A DNA stretch of 64,000 bases from Pavona decussata. Its lineage: Eukaryota. The translations under genes were made by a program, and so were the position numbers. Shown here piece by piece: positions 49,517 through 62,660 of this stretch. The DNA is taken from NCBI GenBank assembly GCA_977016875.1, contig CDRNST010000062.1:3906001-3970000 (forward strand), given 5' to 3'. The stretch's first letter is position 1. The number at the start of each line of letters is the position of its first letter. Below the pieces are notes generated by a model, which searched no databases, was not told the origin of the DNA, and was given only the letters and a program-made list of their open reading frames with translations.

Positions 49517-52500
49517 CTAAAAGTGTGGGTTAGAGTTGTGATGTGACCCATGTCCCACTGAATAATGAGAAGGTACCTGCAGATGACCATGAGGGACTTG
49601 TTGACCATGTTTACGAAAACCTGTAAGGACAGGTTGAAATGCAGATTGTCCGCCCGTTGTCCCACGACCTCTCTGTAAATTTCCAGGCGTTCCATATTGC
49701 ACATTATCAAATGCCCGCTGGCGCTGGAGGTTTGAATGATACCGAATATAGGAGGGGTGGGGATATCCTGATGCTGCAGGTCCCCTCCCCTGGGGCCTCC
49801 AGTTCTCCCTAGGGAGGAAGGGATCACTGTAGTGCTGTGCTGGGAGCGGGGCTCGGTGGTGAGATGGCCTAAAAGTGTCTTCTGTTAATGAAGCTGTCTT
49901 GGCCCACAACAGGGGTGGGGAAGATTCTCGAGTTGGCCAAGGATTCTGAGAAGAGAAAGATAGAACACATTTTTAATGCATTAATTGGATATTTCTCAGT
50001 GTTTAGGAAGCTATTGTGCTGTGGTGTTCTAGGATTTTGGTTAAGACAAAAAAAGCCTCTTGAAGTAAAGGCTTTAGGGTACTGCACATGTCAAGACAAA
50101 AAGGAAAAACTAAGGCTTGAATGGGATTCAAACATATGACCTTTACAATACCAACTGTAAAAAAAATGTAAAATGTAAATGAAATTGTAAGCTTTCAAAG
50201 GTGTCCGTGCATTCCAGGTCGGGATAAAAAGGGAAAAAATGGCAGCACATTGTTGAGGGTGTTCATGATATTTATACACGTAACTGTACAATATTAACAA
50301 GAAATATTTCGCTATTTGAAGTGACGATCAATTTACTAAAATGGCACTAATTTTACATGTTCCTGATACTGGTACAAAGTCTTTAATGTGAGTTAGTTAC
50401 CGCTTGTGCCAAGTCCTCTGTGCTCCATGGTTTCCCAACATTTGGCATGAAGGACAAGTTTTCACCATGCATTGCATCACAACTGAAATAAAAAAACCTC
50501 ACTGTTAGATGTCATTCTTGTAGGGTGTCATGGCTAATGGCACAAATTGGCAAGCAGTTTGGTTCAAAGCAAAAAATACTCCACAAAGACTTTCCATGAC
50601 ACATGCTGATATAGTTCTCTGCTCATACTGTTCAAGTTCCAAGACTAGGGTTTTATAGCAAGACTACAGGACAAAAAATCACGTCAAATCAGCACTTTGA
50701 GTGTGACCAGACACACTGCACATTGTGGTTTTCTTGTTGCTAAAAAATCCAATTTGGATACATGTAGCCTTGAGATATGAAGTACAATTTTCAAACAATT
50801 CATGCGATGTTGCATCAAGAGCAGCATTAGCTGGTTCATGATTACTTATTCATGATTTAAAGCAGACCAATAGGCTATCAAAATTAGGTAATATGAACAG
50901 GACGACCGGACTAATGGAGGTTTCACCCATTACTTGGTGCATAAAAGGGTCTGTAATAACAGGATGGGTATAAAGCACAGTAATACCTTCCTCCTCTTGC
51001 AGCAGCCAACATGTCAGGACCAGTGATGCCAAGCCCAAGTGAAAACACAGTCTTGCCGCGGCCTGAAGTGTCAGTGTTCAGTGCTTCGTGGGACTGATTC
51101 CAGTTGCTACCAGAGGCCTAAAGATCAAGTCAGAGAAGATACAGCTTTTAGTCAAAATGTTGGCCCATTCTCATTAAACAGAATCATTTCTTACAGCGGT
51201 TACCAATAGCACGCAGCCTATCGCCTTCAAAAGACTCCGATAAAGTTGTGTTTTGGTGGACATCAATCAAAGGAAAGCCGTTGAAATTGTTTTGAATTCT
51301 GAGAACATTTCAAGGCAACAGAACGAAGAAATTTACAGTTTTATCCGCTGACAGATGGTAAACTTTATGAAAGTTGATTTCCAAGACAGATTATCTAAAA
51401 AATGCACCAAAACGCAACTTTATCCTACTCTTTTGAATGCCATAGGTCGCATGTTATTGGTAACCGCCGTAATATGCATTCGTGGAAATTTTGAAGAAAG
51501 AGAGTTTTGCAGCAGACAACAATGGATAAGACTTCTTATTTTGCTTGCTCGATGACAAAATCAGTTGAGAAGAATCTTTCTGCAAGGACACCATGTCCAA
51601 GCACATTTCTACTTTGTTTCTGAATTACAGATGACTGTAGAAAATAAAGAGTGATAAAGATGACCAACACTATATGCAGCCTTTATTGTTTCACAGGGGG
51701 AAGGGAGGGGGTTCTTACTTGAGGATTTACAGAATTGAATTTAATCAGACACTTCTGAAACAAGTAAGACAATCCTCATTGTTATTTCCAGATGTGATAC
51801 AGAGACAGATCTAAATTCTGGCTGCTGCAGGTCTTTAGACTCTGGAACTACTGTAGTATAGTTATGAAAATCAATACATTATAACAAAAAACATTCTTAC
51901 ACTAGGAATGTTCGCCCACACTGGATTGCCGTGGATGCTGCTCCCATAACTTGACCACTTCAAGCCAAGGTCAAGAAGCCCTGCGCCTGAATTGCTTGGC
52001 AGTAGGCTCTCATTCAGGCTCTTGGCATCTTCATTGTCCTCGTCATTCTTGTTGTTGCCAGGGAAATCTGACAAGGACCAGCAGCTATGGTATAGTGTGT
52101 CCTGAGAGCCATGGATATCTTTCTTGCATAGTGTTGAGCCTTCAGGATTGGTGTTAACAGCGTCAGAACAATCAGATGGAGGACTGGCTTTCTCCCACAC
52201 ACTCCTATTGGAATCAAAATTGTCAGCACTTCAGCCAAAGTCAAACCTCTCAAATGCAGACTTAAGGGTGTCCACTTACATGACATATCAAATTAATGCA
52301 CAATTCATCAGTGAAAAACAGTGGAAGCTGCATTACTTTCTCCTTCTTCATGTAAGGTATGACATGTATGATTGACAGAAGTGTAACTTACAGATCACTC
52401 AGAGGAGTTTTGAGTTGAAAAGTCATGTACTGTAGCAATGGAATTGACACTAAATTAAACATCTTGTTGAATTTTGACCCTAAAATGTACCATTAAAACA

Positions 52501-55500
52501 ATTTCCATACATGTTCAGGTTTACACAGCCAGGGAAATGGACCATACACACTATTAAAATAATTTGTATACACCCCGCTAATTTGCCACTTTTCCCTGCC
52601 GAGGTCAGCAGTCAAACTAAGAACTACATGTACTGCATTGATACATAGAGTACAATGAACTTAAAGTTAATCAGTCACTGACTGAACATAAGGTGTCTGC
52701 CAGTGTCTCATTAAATTTTAGTCCATCATACTTTCACATACAGTGTAAGGTGTCCATACCTGAGGCTCTCGCTAATGGATACTGCTTTGTCATCATCACC
52801 TTCCTCAGAGCTGACGGTGACGAGCATGGGACTGAGCATCTGGTCCTCATTTCCAGTGCTCACCTTGGCAGCTGTTTCTATTTCTGACAAATTTCCTGCA
52901 TTCCCATCATTTGCACTGGTCACATCTTCCTCCAGTTGCTGTGAAGGTGATGGTGGTGGTGGTGATGATGGTAATGCCTGTGGAGTGGTGCTCTTCTCCT
53001 TGTCATCAATATCATCATCAAGTTTACTTTCACTATCACCTTTGGTGCTGTCTTTTGACATTAGCTGGCTGTCCTGTTCACTGGAGACTGAAAGCAGACT
53101 ACTCCCATCTCCTTCCTGATCCTTGGCATTTGCAGGTTTAACAAACAAAATTGGGCAAACTTCAGTTGTTGGAGAGGTCTGCGTCTCCATGGAAACCATT
53201 TCTGTTAAGGGAAGCTTCATATCTTTTGAAGAATCTGCAGCTACGTCAATAGCGCATGATGAATTTTCCTTAGTTTCTGACCGGCTGTCTGATAGCTTTG
53301 CATCATGAGTGGTTCCCTTGTTATCAACCTGTGTGACACTGCTTAGGGCCACACTATAAATACTTCCCAGGCCGCTATCAATCGGTGTCATGTGACTTTC
53401 TGCCATGCTGGTATTGGTGTCGTCTTCATTCAGAAGTCGAAGTTTGATTGGTGCACCAGAAAGGAAGTTGATTACTTCTGTGAGTTCCTCTTGAGAAGCT
53501 AATGACAGTTCACTCTGAGAAACTGAAAAAGTACAAAATAATATTATTTACTATCAATCAGGACATGTTCCCCAATAAAAAAAAAGTTAGCAGACTGAAT
53601 CTTTTCATTGCAGGGGTTTCATTCTAGGTGCTGGGCATCAGGCAAATTGATCCTTTATGAACATGACTGTACCAAGCTGCTTTAAATGATCCCACTAAAG
53701 TTTTCACAATATAACATATCAAGTTAGCTATTTTACCCAGGTGCACTAATCGACAATGTATTACCTGCCTGTTCATGCTAAGTTTTGTTTATGTGCAGTT
53801 TTGTCTACCTACTTAAAATCCTGTTGCTCTTTGAACATTGCAATTGATTCCACTTGTTTACAAGCAAAATCAATCTTCATCAAATTAGATAAACTTACTT
53901 TGCATAGTTGGTTTAAAAGTTGGCAATGGAAACTGAGGAACTGATCTGGACCAATCACTTGGTGATGAGGGGTCGTCAGCCTTGCAGTCTTCATCAGCGA
54001 TCTTTCCTGGGATGCTGCTACTACCTTCTGGGACCATGGACTGCTCTTTAGCTCTCTTGGCCCAGTGTCTTGGGCGTGGTGGAGGAAGGGGTGCAGGGTC
54101 ATCAATGTCGGTGTCATGATCGTCGCCCGTGTCAGTACTAGAGGCTACGGAAGTTCGGTAACCTGAAGAAAGGAATGTAGTGTTAATGCCTGTTTAAGAA
54201 AGTGTTAATAACTATTTTATCTGACCAATTACAACAAATATACACTGAACCTGAATCGAACAAGTGAACAACGAATGCATGCATAAGCCAAATCACAAGT
54301 GATTTAAATTTCAGCTCAACCAAGAGACATGTTTGTTGCAGGGATATAGCTAAGAAAACCCTCAGTACTAAACAAAGCTGGCTCCTTTGGACTATGGACC
54401 TTTAAAATCAGCATCAAGTATTTGTGTTCTGTTGAAATTTCAGCCGGCGATAAGATCTCTTTCAGATGGTGAAATTTTCCCAGTAGCTCGCTCTTACTGA
54501 CATCCCTGGTTGGGCACTGCTGTCCATCATCTTCATAATCAATTTCAAAAAGGACATTGACCAATTTTCCTTTTTTCTGATATTGGTTGTCATGGGAAAA
54601 ATATGATTGACAGCAATGTAAAACACAAACAGCTGGGTTTGGACATCAAAGTTTATATGACTGTTATTGAAAGGGATGTCAATACCATATTAACAAAGGA
54701 AAGGTTAGACAGGTAGAGCAGTGAAAAGGCAGACAATGTAAAGTGTAAATAAAATAGTTATGGTATTGAATGTACTAATTTACCCTCCAAGAAGTTTGTG
54801 GCCGTGGCTTTAGTGCTCTTTACGTCAAGGTGAGGGGGGGGGGGGGGGTTACCTACCTACCCCCTCCCAGGCTAAGCAGCTCCCAAAAGTAAAGGCAAAA
54901 TAGGGTTAAACGGAAGGTTGATAGTCGTAGGAAAGCAGCCAGACTAACTGACAGATTGAGTAAACATAACTTCACAAATTAAATTTAAAAAATAGCAGCA
55001 ACTACCTGTACCTGTTGATTCATTTCTAGTGCCAGCACCAGATACGGCATTCAGATTGGTTGCGTCAACAACAGTATTTGGGTTGCTGAGTGTCTTGGAG
55101 GCTACTGACTTCCGTGAGAATATCTTAGATGTTGCTTTCGAGAAGGTCTTTCTAAAGCTCTTGTGCTTGGGGAACTGGGAAGTGTCCAGTTTGGTTAGCA
55201 ACGGCGGTGACTTGGAGAGGTCGCGCCGCTTTATATGAATGGCAGGCAGAGGTCTTTCCCTGAAGAGAGAAGTCACAGAATTCTTAAAATTGTTTGGAAG
55301 CTGCACACGACATGAAAGACTCCACGTTCTCCCAATATATTGAGCAAACTTGAAGAAATGGGTGTCTTAACTGCTGATAGCAACAAACAGTTTTTGCTAC
55401 ATTATTCCTCGCGAAGCGAGGTTAATAAATTCATCGGGCCGAGCCCGCCCGAGCGGAGCTAAGCCGCGCAAATTTTAGCGAAAAATATATTTATATATAT

Positions 55501-58500
55501 ATGTGTGTGTATATATGTTTATATCTTTGAAGGTGTCCGCACTGTTGCCTGGCAACAGTGAAAAACAAAGTATGAATGACGCCAGACTGTCTGGTGTCGT
55601 CTGGAGCAAAATTTGGATACATCAGAAAAAATATGCGTGCATGATCAAATTTCAACTGCAATGTTCATCAATATTCACTGGATACAGAACAATCCCTCTC
55701 CAGAATCTTTTCCCTTTCTTTTAGAAATCTTTTTTGTGCAAGATTGCATTGAAGAAATTACCCGTTTTATGGCCGCGGTAAAAAAAATTTTCCGTGGGAA
55801 ATAAATTCATCGCACACGACAGCGCTGCGCGCCCGTTGTACATTACGTCGCGTCAGAAATAGATTTTCAACCGCAAACTAGCCTGTGGAACTACGAAAAG
55901 ACGGCATGCTTATCAAAAAAAAAAAAATACCTATGCCCCTTTTGATCTCCTCATTTGATGCTACAATACGAGTAAAGAGGGCTTTCCACCCAGCCCCAGC
56001 TTCGCGAGGTTTTGCGAGTCACGTATTTCTAGTATAAATTATCACAGATGCCATAAACAGTAACAAATAAACAAATAAAATTATTATGATAGAATGAATG
56101 ATAAGCCAGCTGTACTCTCTCTTTTTCGTACCAGCAGTGATAATTCAACTTAAAGTAAAGTTACTATGAATCATTGTATGTAACATGGTCCCTTTGAAAT
56201 CTGTGAATAAAATCCTAGGGTGATTACCATTTAAATGCAAGTTGTTTAAAAGTACTTGAATGTATTATAGAGTCCTAAAGTGTTCAACGTCCCAATATTA
56301 AATTTGAAAAACTATAAGATCTGATAAATAACTCACTTGTCTTCCAGATAATCCATCAAACTAAACTTAGATGTATAAAGAGCATCAACTGTTCCCAGAG
56401 GAGAAGGTAAGTCCAGATCTTTCAACAGACAAGAAAAGGTGGAGGCATCTTCTGTGATGACCCTATACAGCAATTAACCAAAAGAAAAAGAACATAACCA
56501 TACAGTGGATGACTGGTTTCCAGACAGTTAAAACTGAGAAAGAATCTAATTAGCCGGTTGATACTCTTGAGCGAAACAAGCATCCGTTACATGTACGTGT
56601 AGCCAGCTGGCTCACTTTCCAGGCCACAGGAAAAGAGCTGACTAACAAAGGAGATGAGGGGACTCAAAACACTAACGTTGTTCATTCCATCAAAGACAGC
56701 ACAGGCTGCTTCACTGTATATCTATCTGAATTTTTGAAAAGGTGGCTGATGAAAAGTCAAATGTTTTTTATGAAATGACACTGAATTCCTCTTTTTGTAG
56801 CCCTGAGAAGGTTCGAATGATATGAAAGAGAGTAAAAAGGAGAAAGAAGAGAGTGGAGACAGAAAAAAAGACGACGCAACATTTTGTTTTTAAATTTAAA
56901 TGGCAAAAAAACATTCACACTGCACTCTTAAAGACAGACTTGAGTGGGCCTGTTTTCAAAAATCCAGGTATATATAATTTTATTACACAGAAAAACTAAT
57001 GCGGAGAGATTTCGACGTTTCGATGACATCCTGTCATCATTATCAAGAAAATGAAGAAAATTTACATAAGTAAGTAGACAAAACTAAACTGAAAACAACC
57101 ACCATTATCATTTTCTTGATAATGATGACAGGATGCCATCGAAACTTCGAAATCTCTCCCCGTTAGTTTTGCTGCTTAATTAAATAACAAAAGTCAATCT
57201 TATACATATAATTTTATATTATGGCAAATGTGATAAATCAAATTTACAATCCAACAACTGCATTGATGATGACAATATGATAATGACAGCGTACTTACCA
57301 TGTGGTAGAGACTTCCACGTGGATGGATGTTCCCTTTACGTACACTTGGGCCAGCCGAGTGGTTTTCTCTTTACCTGGTTTGGCGGTCACCTAACAAAAT
57401 AACAAATTGATGCAAATGGCATAATTTGAGTACAATAGCTACGCTGTGAAGGATTGCTATCTCACATGCATTTGAGAGGCAGTGGGGATGGGGGGAGGGG
57501 AGGGGGGCAGAGGCAAGGTCTGAACTAGAGACTTTCATACTGATCTAAAATTGGGTGTCCAAAGACTAAAGGAAGCATGGGTTATAAAATGGATAAGACA
57601 AGATTGATCCAGATCAAACTACAATTATTATTATTATAAAAATTAATTTCCTTTCATATGCAAACAAAACTAATTTTCACATGAAAAGCTTTGTGCACAC
57701 TCAGCCTCGCTTTTGTAATGAAGTTCAAGGCAACTCAGAAATGGCCTATTAACATGTTATATTGGCAAAGCTTAGAAAAACTCAAATGCATGAGTAATGA
57801 GGATAGTTATTGAAGTAGAAGGCGAAGGTGAACAAAGAAATGGTTACTCACCAGGTGGGCTCTGCCAAACAGAAGTTGCACAGCAGTTTTTGCTGCAGAG
57901 CTGGACACTGGAGAACAGGCCTCATACAACACCATCAGCACAAACATGTCCAGAGTCTCACGGTTAAGGGGGATGTCATTCTGCTTGGCTACAGAGCTAA
58001 CAAGGTCTCTGATACAGTGCTGTGTAAAGTAAAATACACTCATTTTATTAAAAGTCACATTCAGGGATTTCATTAACCCTTTAACCCCTAAAGCAAAACG
58101 ACATTTTCTCCAGATCCAAGACTACAAACTCAATGTCCATGTATGATATACCATTTTAAAGCTACTTATGAGTGTATTTCATAACTGATATAATTATGAA
58201 TAAGCAAAGTTATGGCTTTGAGATAAATGGCCTTAAACGCAAAAATTTAAAACCTTAAAAAATGCCCCCAATCCTTGTGTATATTAGGTATACCCCTAAA
58301 CTATAGCTTATTTTGCAGGTCTCAACATCTTCATTTATGTGAGAGATGTCTTAAGACCCACAACTTCTAGGGGAAAAAAGTTGAAAAGTTATAGGGGTGG
58401 TCAACCATATCACATATGGGAGGGGGTTAAGTTTTTATCATTTTGATGAGTAGACCTTCACAAGACCATCTTGGTGTCAAAAATTCATAGAAATCTGTCA

Positions 58501-61500
58501 AATACTGACAGAGTTGTGGCATTATGTGCCAAACGGCACTCTTAGGGATTAAAGGGTTAAGGCAGTCTTCCAGATAAGAGAGCGGTCTCAGGTCAAAACC
58601 CAAGAAAGCTGACTTCCTAACCCAGAAAATTGAATGGTAAACTTGAGAAGATTTGGAGAGAACCTTATCTACTAATCCTTCAAAATCCTTCATTGACTCC
58701 CTGACTCTGAAAGTTATCTGGAACAGTGTTAAGAGCCAGGCACCAGGCAAGTTGACCAACTTTGAACACAACTTTGTACGGCTGCTTTTAACAATCTCAA
58801 CTGACATTTCCCAGAAAATGACATATCCAAGTTGACTAACTTGCTTAGGTGCTCTAATCCCTTGCCTGCCTGTTCAAAGTCTTCATGAAACCCTGTGCGT
58901 CTTATCAAATTAAAAACTAAAACCCATCAGAGTAGAGACAAAATAAACAAAACTAAGTTCAAATCATTGTCTGCAGTAGCATACAAACTATGCTGTGTCT
59001 TTCAAAGACTACACCAAATTTAAACCAACAGCTTGAATTTTCCTGAAGATGATGCCCTTTTCCCCAAAAGGTCTGGTCTGGCAAGAATAATTATTTTTTG
59101 ATCAACTCCAAGTACAACATTTGAAAAGCAATGTTACCCTTTGAAAGCGAGGGGGTACCTGGAAAAAAGCCTTAAGTGATTTCTAATAAATTGCTAGATT
59201 CTCCTTCTAAATTGCCTTGTATTTGCTTGTGAAACAAAAGGAGAGTTTGATCTTACATGTACATCAAAAGTCACTTAAAGTCTTATTTCATGCCCCCTTT
59301 AAGCGAGGTCATATGTGGGCGACAATTTGAAAGAGGTCAAAAAAAGTGCACATTAAGAATGACAGTTGGAAATCTTCTCAACTGTCAATCCTTCTCATTG
59401 TTAAGAGATTATAATCTTACCAAGCAAAAGTTACAAATCCATTAAAATGTCTATAAAAATTGTATAATTTACATTTATCTACTGGTGTCATAATTGCTGT
59501 ACAAAACATGGCAGCTTTACTACTGAAGGATAGTTATCGAAATACACATAAGAGCAAAGTACGATGTTTACCATTTTAGACTTGTAATTATCATTGGCTT
59601 TACTTGGAGAAGAGCACACTTCAGTCATAACATAACCTGAAATTGAAACAAAAACATCTAAATATCCCCTTATACAAAGCACATCATCACACAGACAGGC
59701 GATGAGATAAATGAAGTGTATTAACCATTATCAAACAGGCACATGTGAGAAAAGAGAAGAATATCAACCATGTTCAAAAATCAACTTGTAACTTAATATA
59801 AAATTGTTCAGAGTATCTCACCAATCTTTAGCTGTAATTTGGGAATAAACTTCAGAATCTGTTGTTCCATTTCCTGAGCAGTGGATGCTTCTGTGATACC
59901 TCCAGTAGCCATAGCCTCAAGCTCACTACAGCATCCCTGAAAATATGAGTAATTAAATTTACCAAAACATGTTAACACCTGCACTTCCAAAAACAGGTAG
60001 TACAGTGTAGCAGGTCTCACATCTTTATATCCATGTATGAGGCCAGATCCAGGAAGAGGGATAAAGGGCTAATGTAACCAACACTATGAGCGGGTGAAAT
60101 GCAGGACATACTCTCCTATCCTTAGCAGTATGCAGGATGTTTGTCCCATGAACCTAAATGTAGTTTAATGGCTTTAGCCCCACAAGTCTCCTGTAGCTCA
60201 GTGGTAGAGCATCCGAACTAGTAATCGGAAGGTCTTAGGTTCAATTCCTGGTAGGAGCACTCAATTATGTTGTTCCGAGTATGCAGGTGTCACTTACTGG
60301 ATAATACATCATTCTCAGGACATACTTTATTGCACGATCTACTTCTTCTAAAATTTTTATATTTTCATGTTGCAAATCATCTTTTGTTACAACAGAACAA
60401 AGTAGGTAGGTAAGTATTACAGAAAATTGAGAATTTATATAAAAAAATACCTTTCTACAACGTTTACGCATCAGAAATTGCAAGTTCTTTCAAACCAGTG
60501 CCACTGCTTTTTGCACGATCTACATTGTACTTCTAAAATTTCTCGTGTAGCATCTCTGATCCCCAATAGATTCTTGTGCCAACTGACAGCCCCAATTTTC
60601 ATAATAAACTGGATCTACCCTGACACGTACATCACCCAGCACAGTTTCTACTGCTGTCTACAGTCCAAAAATAATTTTGTTCTTCCCTGGGATTGAGCAT
60701 GAGCACATTTCCTCTCATCACAACTTGCTGCTATGTCTGCAAACAAGCTCCTTAGCTTGCACTGATTGGAACTCAAACAATAACCATTACCCTAAGAATA
60801 AAGTGTAGTGTTCTAAGTTCCACATTACAGAGCGGAAAGAAACAAGAGAATAGTCTGAACAAATAATTATTAACTAAAAAACAATATTATTACCTTAAGA
60901 GCCAGCTCTATTCCTCGGGAATTCTTGTGGAAGCCAGCAGGTATATCTGCTTCTGGTGTAGGTGCTCGTTCAAACTCTTTTTTATAATTCTACAGTCAAT
61001 GAACCACAAAATTATTTCAAAATCAAAATCAACAATTAATAATATTAACATGCATCGGGGATATGCAGCCAGATTATACAAACATGTACATGTAGCCTGT
61101 TGTTTGTGCCAAGCCAAAAAAAAAAACGTACAACTTGCGCCGCCAATAACAGCTATGCCTAAGACCGACATAGGGTTTGTACCCTTTTTCAGAAACAAAT
61201 TTTCAGGACTTTTCCAGGTCTCAGAAAGTATTTTCAAGGGGCCGTAACACATATTAACTAATTTGTAGTTGTTGGATCCTCCTGGTTGCTTCAAGTGTGA
61301 TGTCTTTCAAGAAAACTTTTACTACTTCAGTTTACAGATTTCCAGATTTTCCAGTGCAGGATCCCCCACCCTACTTTCCAGTCCTGGAAAAGACCAGACT
61401 TAGGGTGCATTTCTTTGGGAAAATCCGATCCAAGATTACTTGGATCATGGTGCATCAAATGAACCGACGAATCCTTACCCAGAGCGGATTCGTCGGTTCC

Positions 61501-62660
61501 TTTGATACACCATGATCCGAGTGATCTTGGATCAAAAATCCGGATTCGGATTTTCCCAAAGAAACACACCCTAAAATTCAAGTGCTTTCCAGGTTTTGCA
61601 GGACTTGTATGAACCCTGTGACATAAGGTCTTGAACAAGTTTCAAAACCCTTTGCCACTTTTGTGTCGTTCATGACAAGTTGAGGGTTTGATTTTGTAGG
61701 CTTGTTGTCCGAGTTAAGAGGGTTAATTTGTAAAGAAACTGTGGTGCTGCGTCAGTGGGGGAGGAGAAACCAATGCTTGGTTTTATAACAGAGTTGATAA
61801 CTAAGGTAAGTTCACCACTGTAAAGAGATTCGTGTGTTGGCGTATTGTGCATTAGCCCTTTGTCAGAGTGAAGGGCTCTTTGTTCTGATGAAAACATCAG
61901 CACTTGAATCTTGTTTTTGTTAGGGTGGCTAAATTGCCTAAAACCAAGCAGTCGTTGTCGTCAGAATGTCACACACAAAGTCTTACCATGTTAATCAGCC
62001 TTAATAAGACAGTCATATTACAAAGTAAGAACCCGAAAAATAGTCACAACAAAAGCCAGCAACGGGTTAATAAGAGGCCTTTACCTTTAGTAAAGTATTA
62101 ACTTTTTGTATTAACTCCTTTCTTTCAGGATCAGCCAGTTCACCTTGACCACCCAGTGTTAGGAACTGAAGCTGTTCCCGTGACAACACATTACTCTGAC
62201 GCAATGCTTGGTTAGACTACAAGGAAAATAAACACATCAAGAGAGTCGAGCAACCTTTGAACAGTGAAATGCAAGGCACAATGTAAAAACTTGACTTTTC
62301 TCTATTCTAGCACAAACAAATTGGACATTATCAATACAATACATCACATAAAAAACTGTTTAATTGCTACAAGAACAAATTTGCTTAATTTGAAAAATAA
62401 TAGTTTTGAAATACTTATTTTTCCATTATGTGTCGTGAAAATTACCATGAAAATCTGTTGATACCAAAGCTAAATGCCATACATACTTGAGCAAGTGAAA
62501 TCCATGTTGCTGTGGCATCCTTGAGAGCCAGCGTAACTTCTCTGTCCCGCAGATAGTCACCAATCTCATGGAAGCCACCCAATGATGATGTCAAGTCAGC
62601 TGACGACATCAAAAAGTCTGCCTGGACTTGCAACAATGATAGGAAGCAAGAGCCTAACAT
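49517..62660 (-). CDS. GARRE1: GARRE1/KIAA0355 (granule-associated Rac and RHOG effector) homologue, 5'-partial; 15 exons
   Basis: Phase-consistent GT-AG exons: 62660-62487, 62216-62085, 60989-60894, 59936-59822, 59636-59572, 58019-57852, 57390-57299, 56462-56337, 55259-55012 (or 55006), 54162-53899, 53522-52760, 52228-51901, 51117-50987, 50482-50401, 49945-49517. The peptides LGSCFLSLLQVQ, AGFHKNSRGIE, GCCSELEA, KTAVQLLFGRAHL, EDASTFSCL..LGTVDALYT, KTFSKATS, EVINFLSG and GPDMLAA are collinear with human GARRE1 as recalled (LGRCFLTVVQV, AGFHLNPKAIE, GCCSEAEA, KTAVQLLFGQAGL, LGLVDVLYT, KTFSKLTS, EVIDFLSG, GPDLVAA). Confidence 0.9.
55401..56033 (+). mobile_element. Non-autonomous Helitron/Helentron-like (HINE-type) element
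   Basis: Subterminal inverted repeats CCTCGCGAAGC (55407) and GCTTCGCGAGG (55999), an internal (TA)n(TG)n tract, a 3' end TTTCTAGT and no TSD. Confidence 0.55.
56992..57170. mobile_element. Inverted pair of Penelope-like terminal repeats
   Basis: About 62-bp near-perfect inverted arms (56992-57054 and 57108-57170) containing TTGATAATGATGACAGGATGYCATCGAAAC. Confidence 0.6.
58077..58556. mobile_element. piggyBac-like MITE
   Basis: TTAA|CCCTTTAACCCCTAA ... TTAGGGATTAAAGGG|TTAA. Confidence 0.8.
60186..60298 (+). mobile_element. tRNA-derived SINE
   Basis: A box TAGCTCAGTGGTAGAGC and B box GGTTCAATTCC. The anticodon arm is non-canonical and is followed by a tRNA-unrelated body (TTCCGAGTATGC..GTGTCACT). 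Confidence 0.75.
61403..61571. mobile_element. Harbinger/Tourist-like palindromic MITE nested in a hAT-like element (~61171-61618)
   Basis: TTA|GGGTGCATTTCTTTGGGAAAATCCG ... CGGATTTTCCCAAAGAAACACACCC|TAA; almost wholly self-complementary. Outer ends are AGGGTTTGTAC and GTATGAACCCTG. Confidence 0.8.
61715..61870 (-). mobile_element. Degenerate Penelope-like 3' end
   Basis: Minus strand reads CTCTGACAAAGGGCTAATG...CCACTGACGCAGCACCACAGTTTCTTTA, recalled as a common anthozoan PLE terminal repeat. Confidence 0.5.

Noticed and set aside
60186-60262. Functional tRNA gene
   Set aside because: The anticodon arm and acceptor stem are irregular and a SINE-type body follows, so it is treated as a SINE.
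60908-61294. 128-aa minus-strand ORF as a GARRE1 exon
   Set aside because: The true exon (60989-60894) is read in a different frame (NYKKEFE...AGFHKNSRGIELALK).
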